A stretch of DNA of 45,033 nt from a virus (IMGVR_UViG_3300049049_000047:1-45033), one strand, 5' to 3'; numbered from the stretch's first letter, positions 1 to 9,837 are shown. Notes: generated by a model not told the origin, from the sequence alone. Numbers and translations: made by a program.

Positions 1-127
1 AATATCTGGATCGCAGACCGCAGAAGACGAAAGCGGCTCTGATGGGCATTCCGCGTCAAGTATTCTCGCAGCGCCTGCTGTGGATTCATGAGCAGTTGAA
101 CTTTACGATGTTTGGGAGGTGATATGG
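1..127. repeat. Terminal direct repeat, identical to 44907-45033 (probable circular assembly overlap)
   Basis: Exact 127-nt match at both ends; it cuts through the Q-like ORF. Confidence 0.95.
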
Positions 128-948
128 GGAAGCGTCGATACAGCGGGAATGACAAGCATTGGGGGCCGTTCACTTTCAGCAAGCACAGCAATGAAGGCTG
201 GCGGCCACTTGGCTTCATGTTGGATTCTGGCGGTCGAGAAGACTGCGATGATGGATGCAACATAAAGCTTCATGGCTTCGGGTACACGCTCATTTGCGAA
301 CTGCCGCAGGTCATCCAGCCATTCCGCATCAAACACATCGCTAACTCGTGGGACGCCGCTACGGTTGAGCGGATGGGCCGTAATTGGTATTACGAGACTT
401 CCCCCCGCGAGTTTGGCTTTACCGCTGGCGATGGCTCAGTGCATGTCCACTATGGCCCGCAAACTCATGACAGCACGACCACGAAATCCAAAGTGTTCTT
501 CTTGCCGTGGCGTCAATGGAGGCACGTTCGCCATAGCTTTTACGACTTGGACGGCAATCACTTTTGGACCGAGGGAAAGCGCGACCATTACAAGGCAAGG
601 TGGGCGGTGGAGGCGGCATGCCCTACCGTCAGCTTTGAATTTGATGACTACGACGCACGTCGTATTCAAGCCAAGACCCGCATCGAGGAGCGTGAATGGC
701 GTTTCGGGGATGGCTGGTTTAAGTGGCTGAGTCTTTTTCGCCGCCCGCAGGTTCGCCGTTCGCTTAACCTTGAGTTCAGCGAAGAAGTAGGGCCTGAAAA
801 GGGATCATGGAAGGGTGGCACGATGGGGCACAGCATAGACATGCTGCCCGGTGAGTTGCACGAGGCCGCATTCCGCCGCTACTGCGAGCAGGAGCATCGA
901 TCGAAATACCGGATGTTTCGCATTACGTACGTCGGCAAAGTGTCATGA
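124..948 (+). CDS. Hypothetical phage protein (274 aa, Trp/Arg-rich)
   Basis: Long ORF; GGAGGT SD before ATG 124; directly follows the Q-like gene stop. Confidence 0.8.
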   Translation: MGKRRYSGNDKHWGPFTFSKHSNEGWRPLGFMLDSGGREDCDDGCNIKLHGFGYTLICELPQVIQPFRIKHIANSWDAATVERMGRNWYYETSPREFGFTAGDGSVHVHYGPQTHDSTTTKSKVFFLPWRQWRHVRHSFYDLDGNHFWTEGKRDHYKARWAVEAACPTVSFEFDDYDARRIQAKTRIEEREWRFGDGWFKWLSLFRRPQVRRSLNLEFSEEVGPEKGSWKGGTMGHSIDMLPGELHEAAFRRYCEQEHRSKYRMFRITYVGKVS

Positions 949-959
949 CAATTTAGCCG

Positions 960-988
960 TTGCGTGAGTGTCATGCACGCAATACCAT
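960..988 (+). promoter_or_regulatory. Putative late promoter (pR'-like)
   Basis: TTGCGT-17 nt-TACCAT, overlapped by inverted repeat TTGCGTG-N9-CACGCAA; between Q region and terminase. Confidence 0.55.
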
Positions 989-1035
989 CAAATTAGTAGA
1001 CTCGCGTTCTTACGCGGTTTGAATCCGGAGGTCAT

Positions 1036-1164
1036 ATGCGTAAGCTGACCAAGCGCCAAGAGCGCGAACAAATGCTCAAGCTGATGGAAAAGCGAGAGCG
1101 CAAGACCCCGGAGCATCACTCGCCGGACTGGGTGGCGGCTTATTGGCGGAGGATCGCATCATGA
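1036..1164 (+). CDS. Small hypothetical protein (42 aa, MRKLTKRQER...)
   Basis: GGAGGT SD; ATGA overlap with next ORF; not in ORF track. Confidence 0.6.
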   Translation: MRKLTKRQEREQMLKLMEKRERKTPEHHSPDWVAAYWRRIAS

Positions 1165-1334
1165 CGAACGCCGAAATCCGCCGCGAAATGAGCTACGGCA
1201 TAGGCCCTGCCAAGTCATTGCAGGACATGCAGTTCCGAATCGTGGAGAGAGTGCCCGATCCGGAGAAGATCCAGGATGCTCTGCTGGAGGGGATTGTGAT
1301 CTGCATGCCGGGCGAACCGGCTGAGCCACAATGA
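1161..1334 (+). CDS. Small hypothetical protein
   Basis: GGAGG SD, ATGA coupling. Confidence 0.55.
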   Translation: MTNAEIRREMSYGIGPAKSLQDMQFRIVERVPDPEKIQDALLEGIVICMPGEPAEPQ

Positions 1335-1409
1335 CCTTCTTTGTTTGGATCTGGGCGCTGATCTGGTATCCGCCGAAGCGAATCTCCTGAGGAAGTTAAA
1401 CCCCTCTTT

Positions 1410-1432
1410 GCCCGCCAAGTGCGGGCTTTTTT
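1410..1432 (+). terminator. Rho-independent terminator (tR'-like)
   Basis: GCCCGC-CAAGT-GCGGGC followed by T6. Confidence 0.7.
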
Positions 1433-1443
1433 ATTTCTGGGCC

Positions 1444-1989
1444 ATGCCTTTAACCGCCAAACAACAACGCTTCGTCGATGAGTACCTGATCGACTTGAAC
1501 GCGACAGCTGCTTATAAGCGGGCTGGATATGCCGGCGAGGGCAATTCGGCTGAGGCTGCGGCGTCGCGTCTGTTAAGCAATGTTAAGGTTTCTTGGGCCA
1601 TTCAAGCGGCAATGAAAGAGCGTGAAAAGCGCACCGAGATCACCCAGGATAGGGTGTTGCAAGAGTACGCAAAGCTGGCGTTTCTAGACCCTCGTCGGTT
1701 CTACAACGAGAAGGGCAACCTGATCCCTGTCCATGAGTTGGACGCTGATGTGGCCGCCGCCTTGGCCGGCATGGAGATCGTTACTCAGCGAGCTGGCAAG
1801 GACGAAGACGGTAATCAAGAGTATGAGGATGTAAAGAAGATCAAGTTTATCGACAAGAAGGGCGCTCTGGACAGTGTTGCCCGCCATCTTGGGATGTTCA
1901 ATGACAAGGTGGCGCTGACAGGTAAAGACGGTGGCTCGATCGATATGAACTGGACGATTAACTTCGTCAATCCGGCCGGTGAACGTTGA
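1444..1989 (+). CDS. terS: Terminase small subunit
   Basis: LTAKQQRFVDEYLIDLNATAAYKRAGY N-terminal motif; precedes TerL. Confidence 0.93.
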   Translation: MPLTAKQQRFVDEYLIDLNATAAYKRAGYAGEGNSAEAAASRLLSNVKVSWAIQAAMKEREKRTEITQDRVLQEYAKLAFLDPRRFYNEKGNLIPVHELDADVAAALAGMEIVTQRAGKDEDGNQEYEDVKKIKFIDKKGALDSVARHLGMFNDKVALTGKDGGSIDMNWTINFVNPAGER

Positions 1990-3253
1990 TCTTCCGGGAA
2001 AGCTTAGCTTCCTGCTGACCAAGCGGGCTAGATACAAGGGAGCCAAGGGCGGGCGAGGATCAGCTAAGTCGTGGAGCTTTGCCCGCGCCCTCCTGATCCT
2101 TGGCACCACCCGCAAGCTGCGCATTCTGTGCACTCGCGAGGTGCAGAAATCAATCAAGCAGTCGGTACATAAGCTGCTGAAAGACCAGATCGAGAGTCTT
2201 GACCTAGCAGGTTTCTACCAGGTACTCGAGACTGAGATTCGCGGCAAAAACGGCACTGAGTTTGCCTTTGCTGGACTGGCAGAGCAGACGGTCGATTCGA
2301 TCAAGTCCTTTGAGGGCTGCGACATCGTATGGGTGGAAGAGGCCCAGACGGTGAGCAAGCGTTCTTGGGCGGTGCTAATCCCGACGATCCGCAAGGACGG
2401 TTCCGAAATCTGGATCTCGTTCAATCCAGAGCTGGAAACAGATGAGACGTACGACCGGTTCATTACGAACCAGCCGGAAGACGCAATCATCGTTGACATG
2501 AATTACACGGATAACCCGTGGTTCCCTGAAGTTCTGGAAAAGGAGCGGCAGCACGCGAAAGCAACTTTGCCGAAGACTGAGTACGAGAACATCTGGGAAG
2601 GCAAGTGCATGCCTGCTGTGGCGGGCGCGATCTACTTTAACGAGGTCGCAGCAACAGAAGCAGGCAAGCGTATCTGCAATGTGCCGTATGACCCAATGCT
2701 TAAGGTGCACGTGGTCTTTGACCTTGGCTGGAACGATTCGATGGCGATTAGCCTGGTGCAGGTGAATGCGTCAGAGATTCGGGTGATTGAGTACATCGAG
2801 GATAGCCACAAGACGCTTGATCACTACTCATCGCTCTTGCGCGAAAAACGCATGAATTGGGGAACGGTTTGGCTTCCTCATGACGCCAGACACAAGAACA
2901 TCCAGACCGGCAAAAGCGCTCAGGAAGTAATGGAAGCGCTGGGGTGGGATGTGGCTATTACGCCAAACATGAGTATTGAGGATGGCATTCGGTTGGTGCG
3001 GATGACATTCCCGCGCATCTATTTCGACAGGGCGAAAACCGAGCGGTTGGTGCAGTGCGCCAAACGTTACCGCCGCAGCGTAAATCAGCAGACGAACGAG
3101 CCCGGAGCCCCGATGCATGACGAATGGTCGCACGGTGCCGATAACCTTCGTTACCTCTGCGTCAATGCGGAAAACATGACAAATGAAAGCTGGATTGACG
3201 ATGATGACGACTACCGCGATCACCAGGGCAGGAGCAGCGTAGGTGGCTACTGA
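1979..3253 (+). CDS. terL: Terminase large subunit (PBSX-like)
   Basis: Walker A GGRGSAKS, Walker B IVWVEEAQ, nuclease DLGWND and SHGADNLRY. Confidence 0.95.
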   Translation: MNVDLPGKLSFLLTKRARYKGAKGGRGSAKSWSFARALLILGTTRKLRILCTREVQKSIKQSVHKLLKDQIESLDLAGFYQVLETEIRGKNGTEFAFAGLAEQTVDSIKSFEGCDIVWVEEAQTVSKRSWAVLIPTIRKDGSEIWISFNPELETDETYDRFITNQPEDAIIVDMNYTDNPWFPEVLEKERQHAKATLPKTEYENIWEGKCMPAVAGAIYFNEVAATEAGKRICNVPYDPMLKVHVVFDLGWNDSMAISLVQVNASEIRVIEYIEDSHKTLDHYSSLLREKRMNWGTVWLPHDARHKNIQTGKSAQEVMEALGWDVAITPNMSIEDGIRLVRMTFPRIYFDRAKTERLVQCAKRYRRSVNQQTNEPGAPMHDEWSHGADNLRYLCVNAENMTNESWIDDDDDYRDHQGRSSVGGY

Positions 3254-5315
3254 ATACGACATGGTCGAGTCTGACGCCGAATACAGCGAGGAAGGCCAAG
3301 AGGCGCAGCCGGCCGGTACGATTGCGCAGTTCATTGACGTGCCTAATCTCGTCCCGATGCTGGGCGAAGAAGTCGTCAAGAAGATCGGCCAAGAGGTTGT
3401 AAAGGGCTACAACATCGACAAGGCCAGCCGTAGTGATTGGGAGCGACAGACCAAAGACGCGATGGATCTTGCCATGCAGGTCGCGCAAGAGAAATCCTGG
3501 CCGTGGGCGAAAGCTGCAAACGTCAAGTATCCACTGATTACGTCAGCAGCAATCCAATTCAGTGCACGCGCCTATCCGGCTATCGTAAGCGGTGAGGGCG
3601 TGGTGCGCGGCATGGTGAGCGGTCCCGACCCAGACGGATCAAAGAAGCTGCGCGCAGAACGCATCGGGCACCACATGTCCTACCAGCTCCTTGAGCAAAT
3701 GCAGGACTGGGACGAGGATACGGACAAGCTCCTGCTGCAGATCGCGATCGTAGGCTGCGCGTTCCGCAAGTCCTACTTTGACAGCGGCATGGGCCAGAAT
3801 TGTTCGGATCTAGTGCCGGCCAAGCATCTGATCTATAACCACGCAACGCCATTCCGCAAGCTGCGCCGTATAACCCAAGAGCTATTTCTATACAAGAACG
3901 ACGTAGTCGAGAAGGTGCGCGGCGGTATTTGGGAGGACATCGAACTCGGCCTTCCGTCCGGGACAGACAACGACGAAGACGGTCATTTCGAGTTTCTGGA
4001 GCAGCATTGCTGGTATGACCTGGACGAGGACGGCTACAAAGAGCCGTACGTTGTCACGGTGCGCAAGGATACGTCAGAAGTGGTGCGCATTGTTGCACGC
4101 TTCGATCGTGATGGAATTCTGCTCAACAGCAAAGGACAGATTGCCAAGATCGAGCCGGTTGAGTTCTTCACCAAGTACGCCTTCATGCCGAACCCGGACG
4201 GTGGAAGCTATGACATTGGCTTGGGCGCGCTGCTGAACCCGATCAATGAGACGGTCAACACCGTCTTAAACCAGATGCTGGACGCCGGCACGCTGGCAAA
4301 CACAGGCGGCGGATTCATTGGTAATGGCCTTCGCATGAAGTCCGGGCCAGTCAAGTTTGCTCCAGGCGAATTCAAGCCAGTCGACAACAAGGGCGGCGCT
4401 ATTCGGGACAACATCTATCACATGGAGTTCGCCGGGCCGTCTCCGGTCTTGTTCCAGCTGCTCGGTATGTTGATCGAGGCGGGCAAGGATATTTCGTCGG
4501 TCAAGGACATCATGACTGGTGATCAGCAAGCGAATCAGACGGCGACGACTACGCTAGCCCTGATCGAGCAAGGCCAGAAGGTATTCAGCGCCATTTACAA
4601 GCGTGTGCATCGCTCACTCAAGGCTGAGTTCCGCAAGCTGTACCGCCTGAACAAGCTGTACATGCAACCGGAAGAGTATTACCGCTTCCAGGACAAGATG
4701 GAGCCGATCCTGCTGGAGGACTACCAAGGCGACGATACAGACGTTGCGCCTGTATCCGATCCAAATCTGGTGACAGACGCTCAAGAGATGATGCGTGCGG
4801 AGGCGCTGATGAAGTTCATCGGCGACCCGATGGTCAACCAGATGGAAATCCGCAGGCGCTACCTCGTGGCGATCAAGGAAGAAAGTCCCGAGTCGTTGCT
4901 GCAGGAGCCACCGGCCCCGCCTGAAGACCCGCGGATTGGCGAAATCGCGGCAAACATCCAGATCAAAGAAGCCGAAACAATGGCGAAGATCGAGAAGATG
5001 GAAGCCGAAGTGGCCGACATCAAAGCTGGCGCGCTCCTCAAGCTGGCGCAGGCTGAAGCGCAGGAAATCGGCAATCAGATGCAGCTTTATATGAGTCAGA
5101 TGCAAGCGCTAATGCAGCGCATGGAGGCAATGAATGGACAAAGCGGAGTACGAGGAATGGAAGCACCACCCGCTAACGAAGCAGTTCCACCAGTTCCTGC
5201 TGGACTACCGGAAGAAGTTGATGGAGGACTGGGCGGAGGGGAGTTTCAGCAATCCGGACTTGACGGCGGGAGCGCTGAGGAACTCGGAGGCGGTGGCGAG
5301 ATGCCAGGTCTATAA
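3243..5315 (+). CDS. Portal protein (690 aa)
   Basis: Follows TerL; size, PW..AANVKYPLI motif and C-terminal coiled coil typical of podovirus portals. Confidence 0.88.
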   Translation: MATEYDMVESDAEYSEEGQEAQPAGTIAQFIDVPNLVPMLGEEVVKKIGQEVVKGYNIDKASRSDWERQTKDAMDLAMQVAQEKSWPWAKAANVKYPLITSAAIQFSARAYPAIVSGEGVVRGMVSGPDPDGSKKLRAERIGHHMSYQLLEQMQDWDEDTDKLLLQIAIVGCAFRKSYFDSGMGQNCSDLVPAKHLIYNHATPFRKLRRITQELFLYKNDVVEKVRGGIWEDIELGLPSGTDNDEDGHFEFLEQHCWYDLDEDGYKEPYVVTVRKDTSEVVRIVARFDRDGILLNSKGQIAKIEPVEFFTKYAFMPNPDGGSYDIGLGALLNPINETVNTVLNQMLDAGTLANTGGGFIGNGLRMKSGPVKFAPGEFKPVDNKGGAIRDNIYHMEFAGPSPVLFQLLGMLIEAGKDISSVKDIMTGDQQANQTATTTLALIEQGQKVFSAIYKRVHRSLKAEFRKLYRLNKLYMQPEEYYRFQDKMEPILLEDYQGDDTDVAPVSDPNLVTDAQEMMRAEALMKFIGDPMVNQMEIRRRYLVAIKEESPESLLQEPPAPPEDPRIGEIAANIQIKEAETMAKIEKMEAEVADIKAGALLKLAQAEAQEIGNQMQLYMSQMQALMQRMEAMNGQSGVRGMEAPPANEAVPPVPAGLPEEVDGGLGGGEFQQSGLDGGSAEELGGGGEMPGL

Positions 5316-5418
5316 GGATTTGGTCGAGTTGGATGCTGGTTATATCAGTGAGTTCTACAGTAAAGGGACAGCAAATGAGCAATATCACCATGCAAGGCAA
5401 GAAGTTTCAACCGATTGA
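5134..5418 (+). CDS. Small conserved head-module protein
   Basis: EEWKHHPLTK motif; GGAGG SD; overlaps the acidic portal C-terminus. Confidence 0.65.
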   Translation: MDKAEYEEWKHHPLTKQFHQFLLDYRKKLMEDWAEGSFSNPDLTAGALRNSEAVARCQVYKDLVELDAGYISEFYSKGTANEQYHHARQEVSTD

Positions 5419-5713
5419 ATACAAGGTTGTTGTTCTCCCAGACTTGATCGAGGAAACAGACGACACAATCAAGCGCTTCAAGGCGCTCGGCATGGAATTG
5501 CCAGAGGCCGAAAAGGAGCGCGAAATGCTGCGCCAGATCACTGGAACGCTTGTTGCCGTTGGCGGCAAGGCGTTCGAGGACTTCGGCGATCCGTCACCGA
5601 AGGTTGGTGACAAGGTGTACTTCGCCAAGTATGCGGGAATGCTGCTGCGGGCCGATGACGGCGAGGAATACCGGCTGATGTGGGATAAGGACATCACGGC
5701 GGTGTTGGTGTGA
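5375..5713 (+). CDS. groES: GroES/Cpn10-like co-chaperonin
   Basis: FQPIEYKVVV..., GTLVAVG, KVGDKVYFAKYAG, GEEYRLMWDKDITAVL match the Cpn10 pattern. Confidence 0.88.
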   Translation: MSNITMQGKKFQPIEYKVVVLPDLIEETDDTIKRFKALGMELPEAEKEREMLRQITGTLVAVGGKAFEDFGDPSPKVGDKVYFAKYAGMLLRADDGEEYRLMWDKDITAVLV

Positions 5714-5790
5714 TTTGGCTTGACCGCGCACTAGTGGTTTCACCCTACTACTAAGCGCTCTGCCTTTGAAAAAAGAAGTAGCCAAGTCAT

Positions 5791-5814
5791 AAGCCACCTT
5801 CGGGTGGCTTTTTT
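5791..5814 (+). terminator. Rho-independent terminator
   Basis: AAGCCACC-TTCG-GGTGGCTT plus T-run. Confidence 0.8.
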
Positions 5815-5832
5815 ATTGCGCGCGAGGAAAGC

Positions 5833-6126
5833 ATGAAGCAATACACACCATACGACGACAGCACAGCACAGCAAGTTGTGGCATTCGTCAAACACTACAC
5901 AAATACGAAAAAGCGTGTCAGCGACTTGACGCTGTTTGCCAACAAGGCGGACAAGGAAGGTGGCGTTCTTACGCTGAGTCTTGAGGCGCACCAGGATGGC
6001 ATTGCGCTTGATGTCGGCCCGGGTTTTTTGATGCCACGCCTGCTGGAAGAACTGGAAGCACAAAAGGTGCTGGCAGCGAAGCTTGAGCGCAAAGCCAAGC
6101 AAATCATTGGCATTCTCAACAGCTAA
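5833..6126 (+). CDS. Hypothetical protein
   Basis: ORF with GAGGA SD in the head operon. Confidence 0.65.
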   Translation: MKQYTPYDDSTAQQVVAFVKHYTNTKKRVSDLTLFANKADKEGGVLTLSLEAHQDGIALDVGPGFLMPRLLEELEAQKVLAAKLERKAKQIIGILNS

Positions 6127-6135
6127 GGAAAGCAA

Positions 6136-6978
6136 ATGTTCTATCTAAGGAAGCAGCACACGTACCGTAATGAGGAGGGTGGTGAGGGTGACGGCGGAGC
6201 CGCTGGCGAGAGTAAGAACGAGCCGCAAGCCAACCACAACGCCGAGGTGGAGGAAAAAGCCCGCAAGATGGGGTGGACTCCGAAGGAAGAATTCAAGGGT
6301 GACCCTGGGAAATGGCGTGATGCTGCCGAGTTTGTGGAGCGAGGCGAGAACATGGTTCCGCTGTTGCGCTCACAAGTGCAGCGTCAGACCAAGCAAATTG
6401 ATGAGCTGAAAAAGACTATTTCCGAATTTGCTGAGTTCCACACGAAAGTGGAGCAGAAGGCGTATGAACGCGCATTCCGCGAGCTAAAAGCTAAGCAGAT
6501 CGAGGCTGTAGCGAAGGGCGACGCGGAAGCATTCATGCAAGTCGATCAGGAGATGGCCGCACTCCATAAGGAGGCTTCAGAGGCCCCGAGGATCAAGGTT
6601 CCGCAGAACGATGTGGTGCACCCGGAATATGCCGAGTGGGTGGCGCGGAATACATGGGCGGAAACCGATCCGGAACTGGCTGCATACGCCGAGGCACAAG
6701 CGCAATTTTTGCGCGCACGCGGCGATAAGCGCGAGGGCATGGAATTTCTGGATGCTGTGAAAGAGCGCGTGAAAAAGGAATTTCCCGAGCGCTTCGGCAA
6801 TCCCCGTCGAAATTCAGCGCCTGCCGTGGAAGGCGCAAGCGCGCCAGCGAAGAAGGGCGGCAAAACATATGCCGACCTGCCGGCAGAAGCGAAAGCCGCA
6901 TGCGATCGGTTCGTGAAGAACTCCGGCGGCAAGCTGACACGCGAAACCTACGTTAAACAGTATTTCGAGGGAGAGTGA
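6136..6978 (+). CDS. Probable scaffolding protein
   Basis: Charged helical protein (ARKMGWTPKEEFKGDP) upstream of capsid genes. Confidence 0.75.
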   Translation: MFYLRKQHTYRNEEGGEGDGGAAGESKNEPQANHNAEVEEKARKMGWTPKEEFKGDPGKWRDAAEFVERGENMVPLLRSQVQRQTKQIDELKKTISEFAEFHTKVEQKAYERAFRELKAKQIEAVAKGDAEAFMQVDQEMAALHKEASEAPRIKVPQNDVVHPEYAEWVARNTWAETDPELAAYAEAQAQFLRARGDKREGMEFLDAVKERVKKEFPERFGNPRRNSAPAVEGASAPAKKGGKTYADLPAEAKAACDRFVKNSGGKLTRETYVKQYFEGE

Positions 6979-7424
6979 CCATGGCACGTGAAGACCGAGT
7001 TTCAAGCAGGGAAGATTCAGGCAGAAGTAAGCGCGTCCCATTGGGCGTGTCGCGCACCAAGTTGGCGGTTCCGAGCAGGGCCGGCTACGTCCGTCGTTGG
7101 GTCAATGATTCCGAGGGAAGACTGCAACAGGCGGAGCAGGGTGGGTACCAGTTCGTAGAAGACCAGAAGCTGCAGATCGGCGACCCGGACATCGACAACA
7201 CGAACCGCGACCTTGGTGCGAGAGTGAGCCGCGTAGTGGACAAGTCCACCGGCAAGAAGGCCTATCTCATGGAGATCAAGGCCGAATTCTATGAGGAAGA
7301 TCAACGGATCAAGAAAGCGTCTCTCGATGAGACTGACGCCGCGATCCGCAAAGGCACGCTGCACGATGCTGATAACCGCTACATCCCAGAAAAGGGAAGC
7401 GGGATCAAGATCGAAACGAAGTAA
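6975..7424 (+). CDS. Conserved head-module hypothetical protein
   Basis: GYVRRWVND..GRL..A..GGY motif; synteny. Confidence 0.75.
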   Translation: MTMAREDRVSSREDSGRSKRVPLGVSRTKLAVPSRAGYVRRWVNDSEGRLQQAEQGGYQFVEDQKLQIGDPDIDNTNRDLGARVSRVVDKSTGKKAYLMEIKAEFYEEDQRIKKASLDETDAAIRKGTLHDADNRYIPEKGSGIKIETK

Positions 7425-7461
7425 TTCAATCGTGCCGGCCTCGCGCCGGATTTGTTTATGT

Positions 7462-7485
7462 AAAGCCGCCTTTGTGCGGCTTTTT
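7462..7485 (+). terminator. Rho-independent terminator
   Basis: AAAGCCGC-CTTTGT-GCGGCTTT plus T. Confidence 0.65.
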
Positions 7486-7502
7486 CATTTGGAGATTCAC
7501 AA

Positions 7503-8081
7503 ATGGCAAACGTTGATAGCCCGTTTGGGCTGAAGCCTGTAGCCCATCGAAACGGCGCGCCTTATAACGGCTCGTTTCGGTACTACTCCGTCGCTGCCGG
7601 CGACGCTACCGCAATCATGATTGGCGATCCGGTAACCCTTGCCGGTACCTCGCAAACCATCAATGGCCGCATCTACAGCGATGTCGTTCGCTCCGCTACT
7701 GGTGATGTATTCCAGGGTGTGTGTGTCGGTGTCGTACCTGTTACGGCCGATTCGCTGCGCTACCGCGCCGCTTCGACCCAGCGTGTGCTGATGGTTGCAG
7801 ACGACCCGGATCTGATTTTCGAGATCCAGGAAGTTTCTGGCGGCACCGCGCTGACGGCAAATGATGCTGGCCTAAACGCCAACATCGTTGTTGCTGCTGG
7901 CAGCACGGTAACGGCACTGTCTGGCGTCGAGCTGAATAACGCCACTGAAGCCACTACCAACACCTTGGATGTGCATATCGTCGGCCCGGTCAATCGGGAA
8001 GACAACGCAATTGGCGAGCACTGCAAGTGGCTGGTGACGTTCAACCGTCATCAATTCCGTAACCAAGTAGCCGGCATCTAA
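7503..8081 (+). CDS. Putative capsid decoration/cement protein
   Basis: MANVDSPFGLKPV N-terminus; immediately before major capsid gene. Confidence 0.7.
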   Translation: MANVDSPFGLKPVAHRNGAPYNGSFRYYSVAAGDATAIMIGDPVTLAGTSQTINGRIYSDVVRSATGDVFQGVCVGVVPVTADSLRYRAASTQRVLMVADDPDLIFEIQEVSGGTALTANDAGLNANIVVAAGSTVTALSGVELNNATEATTNTLDVHIVGPVNREDNAIGEHCKWLVTFNRHQFRNQVAGI

Positions 8082-8091
8082 GGAGAACAGC

Positions 8092-9003
8092 ATGTCAGTC
8101 ATCAATACGGGCAACCACCCGAAACATCTCTGGCCTGGCGTCTTTGCCTTCTTTGGCCAGACCTACGAGCAGCACGGCGAAGAATGGCGTGATCTGGTCG
8201 ACGTCGTCACGTCGGACAAGAACTACGAAGAAATGGTGCAGAACAATGGCTTTGGCCTGGCTCCGATCAAGGAGCAGGGCGCATCCATTGCCTATGACAC
8301 CGACTCGCAAGGCGGCACGGCACGCGCAACCCACATCACGTATGGTCTCGGCTATATCGTGACCCGTGAAGAAATCGAAGATAACCAGTATGAAAAGGTC
8401 GCAATGGATCGCGCCCAGGCACTGAAAATCTCGATGATCGAAACCAAGGAAAACGTCGTTGCAAACTTCCTGAATCGCGGTTTCGACTCCAACTACACGG
8501 GTGGCGCGGATGCGAAAGAGCTTTTCAGCGCCTCGCACACGACCTCCGCCGGCAATCAGAGCAACATTCTTGCCACAGCAGCCGATCTTTCGGAAGCTGC
8601 GCTGGAAGACATGATCATCCAGATCATGGGCGCTCAAAACGATCGCGGCCTGAAGATCAAGCTCATGCCGCAAACCCTGCATGTGCCGCGCCAACTGGTC
8701 TACGAAGCAACGCGCATCCTGAAGTCGATCAACCAGAACGACTCCGCCAACAACGCAATCAACGCGCTGCGCGCAATGAACGCGCTTCCCGGCGGCGTGA
8801 AGGTCAATCACTACTTCACCGATCCGGATGCCTGGTTCATCAAGACCAACGTTGTCAAAGGCTTGACCCTGTTCCAACGTCGCGCCCTGGAGTTCACCAA
8901 GGACAACGACTTCGGCACAGAAAACGCCTTGGCAAAGGCCACCGAGCGCTACTCGGTGCAGTGGGGTGACTGGCGCACCTACTTCGGCTCTGCCGGCGCG
9001 TAA
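8092..9003 (+). CDS. Major capsid protein (HK97 fold, Mu gpT-like)
   Basis: 303 aa, AAGGAG SD, NHYFTDPDAWFIKT and ATERYSVQWGDWR motifs, followed by terminator. Confidence 0.9.
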   Translation: MSVINTGNHPKHLWPGVFAFFGQTYEQHGEEWRDLVDVVTSDKNYEEMVQNNGFGLAPIKEQGASIAYDTDSQGGTARATHITYGLGYIVTREEIEDNQYEKVAMDRAQALKISMIETKENVVANFLNRGFDSNYTGGADAKELFSASHTTSAGNQSNILATAADLSEAALEDMIIQIMGAQNDRGLKIKLMPQTLHVPRQLVYEATRILKSINQNDSANNAINALRAMNALPGGVKVNHYFTDPDAWFIKTNVVKGLTLFQRRALEFTKDNDFGTENALAKATERYSVQWGDWRTYFGSAGA

Positions 9004-9020
9004 TCCAGCAGTAACAACTA

Positions 9021-9048
9021 GCGGCCCCTTCGGGGGCCGTTCTCTTTT
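9021..9048 (+). terminator. Terminator after capsid gene
   Basis: GCGGCCCC-TTCG-GGGGCCGT plus pyrimidine run. Confidence 0.7.
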
Positions 9049-9068
9049 CAGAACGCTAGGAGATTCAA

Positions 9069-9800
9069 ATGCCTACCCCTACACGCTACACCAGCGGCAT
9101 CTCGACCGCCGCAAAGAACAACCCGCTCGGCATGTTCGGCATGCCCGACCCAACCAAGTGGCACGTCTACTTTAATGACTTCGACCATTTCGCTACGGCC
9201 GACTGGACCATCACCACGACTGAGGCTGGCGCTGGCAGCGCAACCGAGGCGCTGACCGATGCAAATGGCGGCGTACTGCTGATCACCAATGACGCTGCCG
9301 ACGACGATTGCGATTGGTTTCAGAAGGTCGGCGAGTCCTTCCTGCTGGCGTCCGGCAAGAAAGCCGTTTTCAAAGCACGTTTTGCAGTGAGCGATGCTAC
9401 CCAGTGCGATTGGGTTATGGGCTTACAAGTCACCGATACCACTCCGCTTGCTGCTGGCGGCGATGGCGTCACCGATGGCATCTTTTTCCAGAAGGACGAC
9501 GGCGACACCAACATCGACTTCTACGTTCAAAAGAACTCCACCACCGGCCAACTCACCAGCACTGCAATCACCACCGCAGCGGCTGCTGACACTTACATGA
9601 GCCTGGCCTTCTATTTCGATGGCAAGCGCTACGTCGAATGCTACAAGGATGACGCGCTGGTCTACACCGCCGACCTCACGGCAACCCTGTCCACCTACTT
9701 GCCGGATACCGAGCTGACTATCAGTTTTGGCATTCAGAACGGTGAAGCTGTGGCCAAGACCATGAGCGTGGACTACATCTTCGCGGCCATCGAGCGTTAA
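9069..9800 (+). CDS. Virion structural protein (beta-rich, lectin-like inferred)
   Basis: Thr/Asp-rich beta composition; position after capsid. Confidence 0.7.
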   Translation: MPTPTRYTSGISTAAKNNPLGMFGMPDPTKWHVYFNDFDHFATADWTITTTEAGAGSATEALTDANGGVLLITNDAADDDCDWFQKVGESFLLASGKKAVFKARFAVSDATQCDWVMGLQVTDTTPLAAGGDGVTDGIFFQKDDGDTNIDFYVQKNSTTGQLTSTAITTAAAADTYMSLAFYFDGKRYVECYKDDALVYTADLTATLSTYLPDTELTISFGIQNGEAVAKTMSVDYIFAAIER

Positions 9801-9837
9801 TCAAATTGGGCTACGGCCCAATTCTTTGGAGGCTTTC

